64,000 nt of DNA from Chloroflexota bacterium. Its GTDB lineage: Bacteria > Chloroflexota > Dehalococcoidia > DSGV01. The notes under the pieces were generated by a model. The model was given only the letters and a program-made list of their open reading frames with translations. It did no database searches and was not told the DNA's origin. The stretch is taken from contig JAJYLG010000001.1 of assembly GCA_021787985.1 (NCBI GenBank), positions 50,163-114,162 on the forward strand, written 5' to 3'. Shown one piece after another: positions 9,471 to 18,715 of this stretch; position 1 is the first letter of the stretch; each line of letters opens with the position of its first letter. The position numbers and the translations under genes are program-made.

Positions 9471-10643
9471 CTAGGCGGGCACGTTCCCCGACAGAAGGTC
9501 TCGGGCGATGACCATGCGATGGACCTCGGAAGGCCCTTCACCGACCAGCCACACCCGCAGCGCGCGAAGCCACCCCTCCAGGGGCATCTCGCGCGTGAGC
9601 CCGACTCCGCCGTGCACCTGGATGGACCGGTCGACAACCCGATAGGAAGCCTCGGTAGCCAGGAGCTTGGCCATGGAAGCGTGGTAGCGGGCCTCCCGGC
9701 CCTCGACGTCGCGCCAGGCCGCATCCCAGGTCAGCCAGCGGCTCGCCCTCAGCTCGACCGCGGAGTCGGCGAGCATCCACTGCACCGCCTGGCGTGTCGC
9801 GAGCGGCGCGCCGAATGTCTCGCGCTGCTTCGCGTATTCGGTCGCCATCGCGAGTGCCTTGCTGGCGACGCCGATGGACTGCGCCGCGATGGAGACACGG
9901 CCGTGCACCAGCCATTTCTGTGCCAGCGCGAATCCCTGTCCCGGCGCGCCCAGCATCTGCTCCGCGGGTACGCGGCAGTCGTCGAAGGTGATCTCCGTGG
10001 TCCAGCGATCACGGATCACGTGGACGGGACGCACCTCCATCCCCGGCGTGCCGGAGTCGATGATGAACGCGCTGATCCCCTCACGTCCCTTGCCGACGTC
10101 GGTCCGCGCGTAGACGATTCCGTGCTGAGCGCGGTCCGCCCCGGTGGAGAAGAGCTTGCGTCCATTCAGGACCCAGTCGTCCCCATCGCGGACCGCCCGT
10201 GTCTGGATGGCCCGCGCCGGGTCAGAGCCGCCCGACGGCTCGGTAATCGCCACGAACCAGCGACGCGCCTCCGCAACGGAGGGGATGACGTATCGCCGGA
10301 CCTGCTCCTGAGCGCCGGCCAGGAGAACGTTCGGCGGGGTGCGGCCGAATGCCCCACCGGCCGCCTCGAAGAGCCCGGTGCGGTGTTGCACCGCCTCCTC
10401 GAGCACGACCGAGTGCTCGAATGTGTTCAGGCCGCCGCCGCCGTACTCCTGCGGCACCTCGAAGCACCACAGCCCGGCAGCCCTCGCCTTGCCCTGAAGC
10501 TCTCGCACCTGCTCCTCGCGCAGCGTCACCTCATCCCAGCGCAGACTTCGTTCAGCAGCGACGACTTCGCGCTGCACGAACGCCCGTACCGTGTCGCGCA
10601 GGAGGGTCAGCTCGTCGGGCAGCTCGAAACCCTGAAACGGCAT
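9471..10643 (-). CDS. Acyl-CoA dehydrogenase
   Basis: Begins MPFQGFELPDELTLLRDTVRAFVQREVV... and contains ...GGVGLTREMPLEGWLRALRVWLVGEGPSEVHRMVIARDLL, which is ACAD family. The ATG is preceded by an AAGGGAG RBS. Confidence 0.85.
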   Translation of the reverse strand: MPFQGFELPDELTLLRDTVRAFVQREVVAAERSLRWDEVTLREEQVRELQGKARAAGLWCFEVPQEYGGGGLNTFEHSVVLEEAVQHRTGLFEAAGGAFGRTPPNVLLAGAQEQVRRYVIPSVAEARRWFVAITEPSGGSDPARAIQTRAVRDGDDWVLNGRKLFSTGADRAQHGIVYARTDVGKGREGISAFIIDSGTPGMEVRPVHVIRDRWTTEITFDDCRVPAEQMLGAPGQGFALAQKWLVHGRVSIAAQSIGVASKALAMATEYAKQRETFGAPLATRQAVQWMLADSAVELRASRWLTWDAAWRDVEGREARYHASMAKLLATEASYRVVDRSIQVHGGVGLTREMPLEGWLRALRVWLVGEGPSEVHRMVIARDLLSGNVPA

Positions 10644-10788
10644 GATCACTCCCTTGCCAGTGTTGGGATGCCCGCTCGCGCCTGGTCAGGCGAGATGCCG
10701 GGCCGGATGCGGCCGCACCTGGCGGAGAGACGCGACAGCCGGGCAACATCCGCGCGCAGCCTGGCTGCAGCCGTTGCCGGCGCCTGAG

Positions 10789-11520
10789 TCATCCGTCCGC
10801 TCGCGCGTCTGGCGTCCGCACGCGGCGGCGCCGGGATATCGCACCGTCTGGGGCGCGGGTGACGCCGCCAGGCGGTTCCGCCGTCGCCTGCTCCAGACGC
10901 CGGATGGTCCGCTCCCGGTGGCCTCGCTGCAGCGCGAGCACCTCTTCCACCGCGCCGCGGCGGCACGCGTCCACCATCGCGCGGTGATCGGCTTCGGTCG
11001 CTTCGAGGTGTGCTCCCGTCGCGAAGAGCGCTCGATACGGGGCCGAAGCGCCCCACAAGATCCGGAGCACCTGGTATGCCCAGGCGATACCGGCCGCGTC
11101 CAGCATGACGAAGTGGAACTCATGGTTGACCCGGTTGAACCGGCCCGGATCGTGCGCCTGCAGTGCGTCATCCATCTCGGCGACGAGCTGGTCCAAACGG
11201 TCAATGTGCTCAGCACTAAGCTTGGGGATCGCCGCCCTGAGGACGAGCTCCTCGACAACCGCGCGGACCTGGTAGATCTGGCGGAGGTCGTCGATGGTGA
11301 ACTTCGCCACCCGTACCCCGCGTCGAGGTAGCAGGATAACCAGCCCATCGGACTGGAGCTGGCCAAACGCCTCGCGCACCGAGCTCTGGCTGACATTGAG
11401 GCGCGTCGCCACCTCGACCTGCCGGATGTGCTCGCCGGCGGTCATTCGGCCTTCGAGGATCTCGTTGCGAAGCACCTGGGCGACCCAGGTGCTGACGGAA
11501 CTGGCGCCCATCGCGACCAT
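10789..11520 (-). CDS. GntR-family transcriptional regulator (FadR/FCD subfamily)
   Basis: An N-terminal winged HTH (...IRQVEVATRLNVSQSSVREAFGQLQSDGLVILLPRRGVRV) is followed by an FCD-like helical domain. It has no SD. A -10-like GATAAT sits 6 nt upstream of the ATG, which suggests a leaderless mRNA. Confidence 0.8.
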   Translation of the reverse strand: MVAMGASSVSTWVAQVLRNEILEGRMTAGEHIRQVEVATRLNVSQSSVREAFGQLQSDGLVILLPRRGVRVAKFTIDDLRQIYQVRAVVEELVLRAAIPKLSAEHIDRLDQLVAEMDDALQAHDPGRFNRVNHEFHFVMLDAAGIAWAYQVLRILWGASAPYRALFATGAHLEATEADHRAMVDACRRGAVEEVLALQRGHRERTIRRLEQATAEPPGGVTRAPDGAISRRRRVRTPDARADG

Positions 11521-11526
11521 GGCGGG

Positions 11527-11555
11527 ATTATCGACTATCGGTCATACTGGGTCAA
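11527..11555 (-). promoter_or_regulatory. Sigma-70-like promoter (TTGACC-N17-GATAAT) carrying the conserved 14-mer CGATAGTCGATAAT, directly upstream of the GntR start
   Basis: In gene orientation the -35 TTGACC is at 11550-11555 and the -10 GATAAT at 11527-11532. The predicted TSS falls at the A of the GntR ATG. The same 14-mer and ~50 nt of flanking similarity recur at 15661-15700. Confidence 0.55.
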
Positions 11556-11685
11556 GACGGCCGCCGCTCCCCCCGCCGGGCCCGCGCCGCCCCACTCGTC
11601 CGCGGGCTCGCTGCGCCTGGGATGCCGCTCGCCGGTTGCGTCGGGGCCCGCCAACCGCCCCGTCACCGAAGGGAGTGCTCGTTCG

Positions 11686-12831
11686 ATGGATTTCCGCTTC
11701 ACCCCCGAGCAAGAGCGGTTCCGGGCCGACGTCCGCGACTTCATCGCGCACCACTGGCCCGCGGGTCGGACTCCGGGGGACGCCGAGGCGCTGGACGCGC
11801 GACGGGTGCGCACGTTCCGGCGGGCGCTGGCAGAGCGCGGCTGGCTGACGCTCGCCTGGCCCACTGAGCACGGCGGGCTGGGGCTGGGTCCGCTCTGGCA
11901 GGCCATCTATATCGAGGAGATGGCCTCGGCGGGCGCGCCGTACCGCGATCAGGGTGTCGATCGCATTGGGCCCACCCTCATGCTCCATGGCACCGAGGAC
12001 CAGCGACGCCGTCATCTGCCGCCCATCGCCCGCGCCGAGTCCTGGTGGTGCCAGGGGTTCTCCGAGCCGGGCGCCGGCAGTGACCTGGCCTCCCTGCAGA
12101 CCCGCTCGGTCCTCGACGGCGACGAGTTCATCGTCAGTGGCCAGAAGATCTGGACCAGCTACGCTCATCAGGCCGACTGGATGGTCCTGCTGGTTCGCAC
12201 CGACCCGGACGCGCCCAAGCACCGCGGCATCTCCTTCCTGCTCGTCGACGTGAAGACCCCGGGCATCACGGTGCGCCCGCTTGTCAGCCTGCCCGGCCAT
12301 CACTCGTTCAACGAGGTCTTCTTCGAGGATGTGCGCGTGCCACGGGAGAACCTCGTCGGCGAGCTGAACCGCGGCTGGTACGTCGCCACTACCACGCTGG
12401 ACTTCGAGCGCAGCGGCATCGACCGCGTGGTCGTGGCGCGCCGACTGCTCGAGACGCTCCTGGCCCACGCCCGCGAGCGCGGCGTGCCGCGGACGATGGC
12501 GATGGAGCTGAGCGAGCTCCGCACCGGCTTCGAGGTAGCCCGCATGATCGCGTATCGCGTGGCCTGGTTGCAGCAGCAGGGCCTCGTGCCGAACCGCGAG
12601 GCGTCGCAGAGCAAGCTCCTCGGAACCGAGGTCCACCAGCGTCTCGCCAACCTGGCGCTGCGCATGCTGGGGCCGGTGGGGCTGCTACGTGCCGGCGATC
12701 CCCTCGCGCCGTTGGCGGGCCTGGCGGCCGAGGAGTACCTGGGCTCCGTGGCGGTCACCGTCCAGGCGGGGACCAGCGAGATCCAGCGCAACATCATCGC
12801 GACGCGAGGTCTCGGCCTACCACGTTCCTAA
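11686..12831 (+). CDS. Acyl-CoA dehydrogenase (divergent from the GntR gene)
   Basis: Begins MDFRFTPEQERFRADVRDFIAHHW and ends ...GTSEIQRNIIATRGLGLPRS. A GAAGGGAG RBS lies ~10 nt upstream of the ATG at 11686. It is a paralog of 1893..3056. Confidence 0.85.
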   Translation: MDFRFTPEQERFRADVRDFIAHHWPAGRTPGDAEALDARRVRTFRRALAERGWLTLAWPTEHGGLGLGPLWQAIYIEEMASAGAPYRDQGVDRIGPTLMLHGTEDQRRRHLPPIARAESWWCQGFSEPGAGSDLASLQTRSVLDGDEFIVSGQKIWTSYAHQADWMVLLVRTDPDAPKHRGISFLLVDVKTPGITVRPLVSLPGHHSFNEVFFEDVRVPRENLVGELNRGWYVATTTLDFERSGIDRVVVARRLLETLLAHARERGVPRTMAMELSELRTGFEVARMIAYRVAWLQQQGLVPNREASQSKLLGTEVHQRLANLALRMLGPVGLLRAGDPLAPLAGLAAEEYLGSVAVTVQAGTSEIQRNIIATRGLGLPRS

Positions 12832-12860
12832 GCCTCGCGCTCGTGGGGCTGACGTCAGGT

Positions 12861-14096
12861 CTATTCAAAGATCCCCGCGGCCTCGTAGGCTGCCATCTCG
12901 TCGTCCGAAAGGCCGAGGATCTCGCGGCAGACCCAGTCCCGCGCTTCCCCCAGCAACGGCGCCGCTCGGCGCGGCTGCGCGACCAGGTCGGAGAAACGGA
13001 ACGGGCTGCCGTGGCATCGATACCTGCCCATCTCCGGGTGGTCCAGCACCGCAAACGTGCCGCGGAAGCGGAACTGTGGGTCCGCGAAGAGATCTTCCCC
13101 TTTCGCCACTGCGGCCGCGGGCACGCCCACCGCCTGCAGCCGACGCACGAGGTCGTTCGCCTCGAACCCGGCGGTCCAGGCGGCGAGCGTCGCCTCGAGC
13201 GCGTCCTCGTGCCGTTTCCGCTCCAGGAAGGTCGCGAAGCCCTCGTTCTGGCACAGATCTTCCCGCCCCATCTCGGTGCAGAGCGCCGACCACTGCGCGT
13301 CCGTCCGCACCGCGATGGCGACCCAGCGGTCTTCACCCCGGCAGGGGAAGACCCCGTGGGGAGCGGCGTACGGGTCTCGGTTGCCTCGGCGCACCGCGGC
13401 GGCGCCGCGAGTGGCGGGAAGCTGCTCACCCAGCAGGCCCGGAAGCGCGAACTGGCAGGCGACCTCGTACTGCGAGAGATCAACGTACTGTCCCCGACCC
13501 GTCCGCCGCCGGTACTCCAGCGCGACGAGCACAGCCACGGAGACGTAGTGCAGCGCGATGAAATCCGCGTACGCGGAGTACGGCCCGGTGGGTGGCCGGT
13601 CCGGCCAGCCGGTGACCTCGTACCAGCCGGTGAGGGCGGATGCCTGCTGGCCGTAGCCGCGGTGCGTGGCGTGAGGGCCGGTTTGCCCCTGCAGGCATTC
13701 GCTGACCATGATCAGGTCCGGACGAACCCTCCGCAGATCTTCGTACGCAAGCCCCCAGCGTGCCATCACTCCGGGCACGAACGTCTCGACGACCGCGTCC
13801 GCCCAGGGAAGCAGGCGCTTGAAGAACTCGCGCGCGGCTGGCTTCTGCATGTTGAGCGCCAGGGAACGCTTGTCCGAGTTGTAGACGGCGAAGTAGCCGC
13901 TGCGGTTCAGTCCTCGTACGTCGCCCGCATACGGTGAACCGAGTCGCGTGGTATCCGGGTGCACGCTCGATTCGACGCGCAGCACCGTCGCGCCCCACAT
14001 GGCCAGCAGCTTCGTGGCGGCCGGCCCGGCCACGGTCGTGCCGAAGTCCAGGATGTGGACGCCTTCCAGGGGCAGTGTGGGTCGTTCGCCGGCCAT
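12861..14096 (-). CDS. Family III CoA-transferase, paralog 3
   Basis: Contains ...VHILDFGTTVAGPAATKLLAMWGATVLRVES... and ...RRTGRGQYVDLSQYE..., the CaiB/BaiF fold signature. Confidence 0.8.
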   Translation of the reverse strand: MAGERPTLPLEGVHILDFGTTVAGPAATKLLAMWGATVLRVESSVHPDTTRLGSPYAGDVRGLNRSGYFAVYNSDKRSLALNMQKPAAREFFKRLLPWADAVVETFVPGVMARWGLAYEDLRRVRPDLIMVSECLQGQTGPHATHRGYGQQASALTGWYEVTGWPDRPPTGPYSAYADFIALHYVSVAVLVALEYRRRTGRGQYVDLSQYEVACQFALPGLLGEQLPATRGAAAVRRGNRDPYAAPHGVFPCRGEDRWVAIAVRTDAQWSALCTEMGREDLCQNEGFATFLERKRHEDALEATLAAWTAGFEANDLVRRLQAVGVPAAAVAKGEDLFADPQFRFRGTFAVLDHPEMGRYRCHGSPFRFSDLVAQPRRAAPLLGEARDWVCREILGLSDDEMAAYEAAGIFE

Positions 14097-14097
14097 C

Positions 14098-15357
14098 TCA
14101 GACCACCCCCAGGGCGAACAGCAGCTCGAGCTCTTGCGAGCTCAAGCCGAGCTCATCCACGAGCACGGCACGGTTGTGCTGCCCGAGTCGGGGTGCCGGA
14201 CCTCGGACGACCCAGGGTGCGCCCGTGGTATGAACCGGCACCCCGGGATACCGCAGCACGATCGCTCGTGCCGTGTCCGCGACCTCTCGCCAGGAAGCGC
14301 GCGCCGCAAGCTGGGGGTCGGCGAGCACGTCCGCCAGCGTGTTGACCGGGCTGAACATGTGTCCGTCGCGGACGGCTGCTTCCAGGAGCTCCGCCTTCGT
14401 CTTGGTGCGCAGGAAAGCGGTGAAGGGCTCGAGGAACCGGTCGACCTCATCGGGGGGTAGGCCCGCGGGATCGAAGGTGGCCCAGTCGGTCTGCTTGAGC
14501 CATTCCGGTGCCGCGCCTTCGGAATCCATCCACTCCATGAGCTTGCGGGCGGTCCGTGCGCCGCCGTAGAAGGTCATGAACATCCAGACCACCCAGCCAT
14601 CCTTGCATTGATAGAGGGTGCGCGAGCGGCGTCCGGGGCCGAGGTCGCGCCACATTCCTTGTCGCTGGAGATTGACGCCGCTGAGATCGGCGAACGCGTA
14701 GGTGTGCGTCAGCATGGACAGCGGCACCTCCTGCGCCGCCACGTCGACGTGTTCGCCGTGGCCGGTTGCGAGGCGGCGAAAGTGGGCCGCGAGGGCGCCG
14801 ACCACGCCGGCCATCGCCAGGTGCAGGCTTGCCTGCGGCGGGAGCCCCACCCGCAGCGGCGCCCGGTCGGGATCCCCGACCATGTGCATGTACCCGCCGA
14901 GCGCCCAGGTGAGCAGGTCGTCCCCCGCGTACGAGCGATACGGCCCTTCCTGCCCGTACGGCGTGAGCGACACCAGGACGACGCGTTCGTTCTGCGCCCT
15001 CAAGTCTTCGTAGGCGAGTCCGCGCGCCGCCAGATAGCCGGGCGGAAACCCTTCGACGACGAAATCCGCCCCCGAGACGAGCTTCCGGAACAGCGCCTGG
15101 CCGTCGCGAGTGTCGAGGTTTAGCGTGACGCTCTGCTTGCCGGCGCCGTATCCCAACCAGAACAGCCCGCGCTCGAGGCCCGGCTCGCCGTCGGCGAACG
15201 GGCCGAGGCGGCGAGCCGGGCTGCCCCCCGGCGGCTCAACCGCGATGACCCGCGCCCCCAGGTCGGCGAAAGTGCGGCCGAAGAGCGCCGTCTCCGTCGT
15301 CGCCAGCTCCAGCACGACATAGGGCGCGAGCAGGTCCTCGTGTGTCTCGTTGGCCAT
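14098..15357 (-). CDS. Family III CoA-transferase, paralog 4
   Basis: Starts at the ATG at 15355-15357 (MANETHEDLLAPYVVLELATTETALFGRTFADLGARVIAVEPP...) with a GGAGGA RBS 13 nt upstream. The in-frame upstream extension to 15660/15708 is low-complexity. Confidence 0.75.
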   Translation of the reverse strand: MANETHEDLLAPYVVLELATTETALFGRTFADLGARVIAVEPPGGSPARRLGPFADGEPGLERGLFWLGYGAGKQSVTLNLDTRDGQALFRKLVSGADFVVEGFPPGYLAARGLAYEDLRAQNERVVLVSLTPYGQEGPYRSYAGDDLLTWALGGYMHMVGDPDRAPLRVGLPPQASLHLAMAGVVGALAAHFRRLATGHGEHVDVAAQEVPLSMLTHTYAFADLSGVNLQRQGMWRDLGPGRRSRTLYQCKDGWVVWMFMTFYGGARTARKLMEWMDSEGAAPEWLKQTDWATFDPAGLPPDEVDRFLEPFTAFLRTKTKAELLEAAVRDGHMFSPVNTLADVLADPQLAARASWREVADTARAIVLRYPGVPVHTTGAPWVVRGPAPRLGQHNRAVLVDELGLSSQELELLFALGVV

Positions 15358-15660
15358 TTCGCTGCTCGTTTCCTCCAAGCCTGCCTCCTCGGCGAACGAT
15401 GAGGTCGGATTGTCCACGGGGGCTCCCTGCTCGCCTCGGTGGCCCGTAACTTCCCTCGCCGCCGGCAGCAGGGGCCGACGCGCGGCGGCGCAGGAGGGAG
15501 CGTGGACGGGCCTTGCCGATGCTTCGCCGGCGCGGCGAGCCGCGGTCGCAGGCGAGGCCGGCAGTTCCTCCGCAAGCAGCCCATGCTGCCGAACGAGGGT
15601 GGGCCAGCGGCGGAAGGAGCGCGGCTGGCGCGGGCAACAGAGAGCGGCCCACCGGGCCAT

Positions 15661-15689
15661 ATTATCGACTATCGACCAAAATGGATCAA
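15661..15689 (-). promoter_or_regulatory. Second copy of the promoter/operator element (TTGATC-N17-GATAAT with CGATAGTCGATAAT)
   Basis: This is the same architecture as the 11527-11555 element. It lies ~300 nt upstream of the CoA-transferase 3/4 gene pair. Confidence 0.5.
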
Positions 15690-15770
15690 CGCCGCCCCCG
15701 CTCCCCACGCTTCACTGCGCCCGCCACCTCGCACTCGGCGGCTTCCGATGATTCGGGCAGGCATCCGCGC

Positions 15771-17336
15771 TCACGTGAGGCCGGCCGGCCCCACACGCAC
15801 TCGCACGCGCGCATATCCTGTGGCGCCGTTCGGCAACGGCTCGCTCTCGGTGGCCGTCTGCGCCCTTCCGCCACCGTCTGCGGCCCGCGCGACGATCTCG
15901 AGGACCTGCGGGGCCTGACTCGCCCTTACGTCCCACTCGTAGGACCACAGCACCCACGCGGCGGGACCAAGAGGCGGAACCAGCCTCGCCTCGCGCCAGG
16001 TCTGGCCACCGTCGGTGGAAAGCTCCACCCGGCTGATGCCTCGGTCGCCCGCGAAAGCTACGCCCTGTACACGCACGGTGCCCTCGCCCAGCTCCACGCC
16101 GTCGGCGGGGACGTCGATGCGGCAGAAGGTGTGCACGTGGGCCTCCTGGCTCCAGCCGCGCTGCTCCCAGTAGCCGAAGTACTCCTTTTCAGTGAACAGG
16201 ATCTGGGTGATCCACTTGGGGTTCTTCATGCCGTAGCGGCCGGGCACGAGCAGGCGCAGAGGAAAGCCATGTTCCACCGGCAGGGTCTCGCCGTTCATGC
16301 GATACGCCAGCATGACATCGTCGCGGAGCGCTACCTCCAACGGCAGGCTGTCAGAGTAGCCGTCCTGGGAACGAAAGACGACCGACCGCGCGGGCGGCAA
16401 CGGCTGAAGCTCGCCGAGCAACGGAGCCAGCGGCAGGCCCGTCCATGCGGCGTTACTGATGAGGCCGCCCTGCAGTCGGTTGCTGATGCATTCAAGGGTC
16501 AGAAACACGGTCTTTGATGGTCGTGCCAGGATGTCATCGTAGGTGAGAACAAGCGTCCGCCCGGAGCTGCCATCCACCCGCAGGCGCCAGGTATCCGGGT
16601 CGACCCGAGGCGGGGAGAAGTCCTTTGATACAACATAGAACTGCGCGGTCGGCGTGACCGCGGGCGTCGGCCTCCCGGCCCGTGTGGCGCGGGTTGCTCG
16701 CACGAAAAGATCCAGCACCTGCTTGCCGGTGAAACCCAGCGCCAGCACGCCCAGCACCCAGGCAACGGAGGTGGTCACGAACTGACGGCGGGTAGCGCCG
16801 GCTTGGGCCGCGGGGCCATCCCTCAGGACTCGCGCGGGGCCGGCCGGCACGCCACGAACCGCCGTCGTCACGGCGGCGAACGTCAAAGACGCGAGCAGGG
16901 ACACCAGAGCGTATCCCTGCCATTGCTTCTCAGCGGTGATCCGGCCCGGGTAGAGCGCGCCGGGAAGCAGCCCCAGCACGATGAGGAGAAACGACGGCAA
17001 GGCCGCGCGGAGCAGGAAGGCCTGCAGGGCTTCGCCGAGTCGCCCGCCGGACCGCCGAATCCAGCGGCGGAGCACATCGCCGTCCATGAGCATCGAGATG
17101 ACGGCGTAGAGCGCTATCTGTGCGACGACAACGCCGGCGAAGACCAGCGGCTTGGCGTAGCCTTCCAGACGCGTCAGGAGGAAAGCGAAGGCGCCGAACC
17201 CCAGCGAGAAGGGGGCGGAATCGACCGCCACGTCTGCCAGCACGGGTGTGCCATACGCCCGGCGGAAGACAAGCGAGACGGCAACCGCCGCGAAAGCGCC
17301 GGGCAGCGACCGGCAGAGGGACCCGCGGGCGCTCAA
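15771..17336 (-). CDS. Molybdopterin-dependent oxidoreductase of the sulfite oxidase/MsrP (YedY) family, with an N-terminal membrane domain
   Basis: A hydrophobic N-terminal ~200 aa is followed by ...LTLECISNRLQGGLISNAAWTGLPL... and ...HGFPLRLLVPGRYGMKNPKWITQI..., the Moco-binding and dimerisation motifs. The start codon (TTG in the ORF track) is uncertain. Confidence 0.65.
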   Translation of the reverse strand: MSARGSLCRSLPGAFAAVAVSLVFRRAYGTPVLADVAVDSAPFSLGFGAFAFLLTRLEGYAKPLVFAGVVVAQIALYAVISMLMDGDVLRRWIRRSGGRLGEALQAFLLRAALPSFLLIVLGLLPGALYPGRITAEKQWQGYALVSLLASLTFAAVTTAVRGVPAGPARVLRDGPAAQAGATRRQFVTTSVAWVLGVLALGFTGKQVLDLFVRATRATRAGRPTPAVTPTAQFYVVSKDFSPPRVDPDTWRLRVDGSSGRTLVLTYDDILARPSKTVFLTLECISNRLQGGLISNAAWTGLPLAPLLGELQPLPPARSVVFRSQDGYSDSLPLEVALRDDVMLAYRMNGETLPVEHGFPLRLLVPGRYGMKNPKWITQILFTEKEYFGYWEQRGWSQEAHVHTFCRIDVPADGVELGEGTVRVQGVAFAGDRGISRVELSTDGGQTWREARLVPPLGPAAWVLWSYEWDVRASQAPQVLEIVARAADGGGRAQTATESEPLPNGATGYARVRVRVGPAGLT

Positions 17337-17733
17337 CTGGCGACCGCGGCCCTACGTTCGCCTGCGGTGATTGCGGGACATCGGAACGCCCTCCCCCCGG
17401 TCGTCGTCGCGTCGACGGTGCTCACCCGTGCTCCGAGATGATTATGACAATGGCCACGGCGCGTAGTCAATCGCGGTGGCCGTCCGATCAATGTGACATG
17501 CCGGCCAGGCCTGCCAAGCAACGGTTCGTGCGCACCGCGTTGCACCACGGCGCGATCGCGCCAAGTGAGGCCCGACACATGCCGTCCCTGGAATTCGCGC
17601 CCGGTGTTGGCGATGACATACGTTGCGCCAGAGTGCTATGCTTTCTCCGACGCCGCTCGATGGCCGCAAGATTGAGATCGTACCGATCGGCGGATTCTCA
17701 CCGGATCACGCGCGTTGGAGCGAGGACACATTA

Positions 17734-18660
17734 ATGGTTCGAGACATCGTCATTGTCGGAGCAGGGGTCGCCGGTCTGAGCGCCGGGTTGATCGCAGCGC
17801 AGAGCGGGTTTGACACGGTGGTGGTTGATCCGCTGGGCGGCGGCGGCCAATTGGTCAACATCGACCGAGTGCTGAACTACCCGGGGCTCGATGAGATCCA
17901 CGGCTTCGATCTGGGTCCCCGGATCGCCACCCAGGCGATGGACCAGGGAGTGTCGTTTGTCCTCGGAACCGTCGACGGTCTGCGAGCGGAGGCCGACGAG
18001 CTCGACGTCGTCCTGGACTCGGGCGACGTGATCACGGGGAAGTCCGTCATCCTGGCGATGGGTTCCAGCATCCGCCGAGCCGGGATTGAAAACGAAGAGG
18101 CGTTCGAGGGACGGGGCATCTCGTACTGTGGCGTGTGCGATGGTCCGTTCTTTGCCGGGCGCGAGATCGCCGTCGTCGGCGGTGGGGACTCGGCCGCCGA
18201 CGAAGCGCTGTACCTGGCGACCCTCGCCAAGCGCGTGCACCTTGTCTTCCCGGCCGGCGAGATGCACGCCATGGCTGCGGCCCAGAAGCGGCTCCGCGAG
18301 CTGAATAATGTTGTGTTGATGCCAAACTACAGAGTGGCCCAAGCGGCCGGCGACGGCAGCGGCTTGAAGCGACTCCAGTTGGTGGACGTCCGCGACAGCT
18401 CCACCGCCGACCTCGAGGTGGAAGGAGCATTCTTGTACACCGGGCTGGCTTCCAGCACGGCGTTTCTGAAGGGGTTGATGGAGCTCGATGAGGGCGGGCA
18501 CGTGGTCACCGATGCCTGTCTGCGGACGAACGTGCCCGGAATCTTCGCCGCGGGCGACATCCGCCAGTTCTCGGTGAAGCTGCTCGCGGCCGCGGCCGGG
18601 GACGGCGCCAGCGCGGCGGTCTGGGCCGGCCGCTACCTGCGCGGGCAGCGCAGTTCGTAG
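17734..18660 (+). CDS. FAD/NAD(P)-dependent pyridine nucleotide-disulfide oxidoreductase, thioredoxin-reductase-like
   Basis: Begins MVRDIVIVGAGVAGLSAG and has a redox-active CGVC plus a second GGGDSA dinucleotide motif. A GAGGA RBS lies 8 nt upstream of the ATG at 17734. Confidence 0.8.
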   Translation: MVRDIVIVGAGVAGLSAGLIAAQSGFDTVVVDPLGGGGQLVNIDRVLNYPGLDEIHGFDLGPRIATQAMDQGVSFVLGTVDGLRAEADELDVVLDSGDVITGKSVILAMGSSIRRAGIENEEAFEGRGISYCGVCDGPFFAGREIAVVGGGDSAADEALYLATLAKRVHLVFPAGEMHAMAAAQKRLRELNNVVLMPNYRVAQAAGDGSGLKRLQLVDVRDSSTADLEVEGAFLYTGLASSTAFLKGLMELDEGGHVVTDACLRTNVPGIFAAGDIRQFSVKLLAAAAGDGASAAVWAGRYLRGQRSS

Positions 18661-18715
18661 CAAGCGCACCATGACCCGGGACAACCCGCAGGGAGTGGCC
18701 CCGCCACGCCCGCCG

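Noticed and set aside
10646-11056. Several 130-240-aa ORFs on both strands over the GntR gene
   Set aside because: These are overlapping frames of a gene with a clear HTH plus FCD architecture. They are compositionally biased.
14098-15708. Full 536-aa ORF-track version of CoA-transferase 4, and similarly long N-terminal extensions on many ORF-track entries
   Set aside because: Affected entries include 475..2058, 4517..6007, 7496..9724, 21748..22815 and 59933..61453. The extensions are Arg/Pro/Ala-rich, lack RBSs, and homologous family members begin at the internal ATG with an SD. These are high-GC open-frame artefacts.
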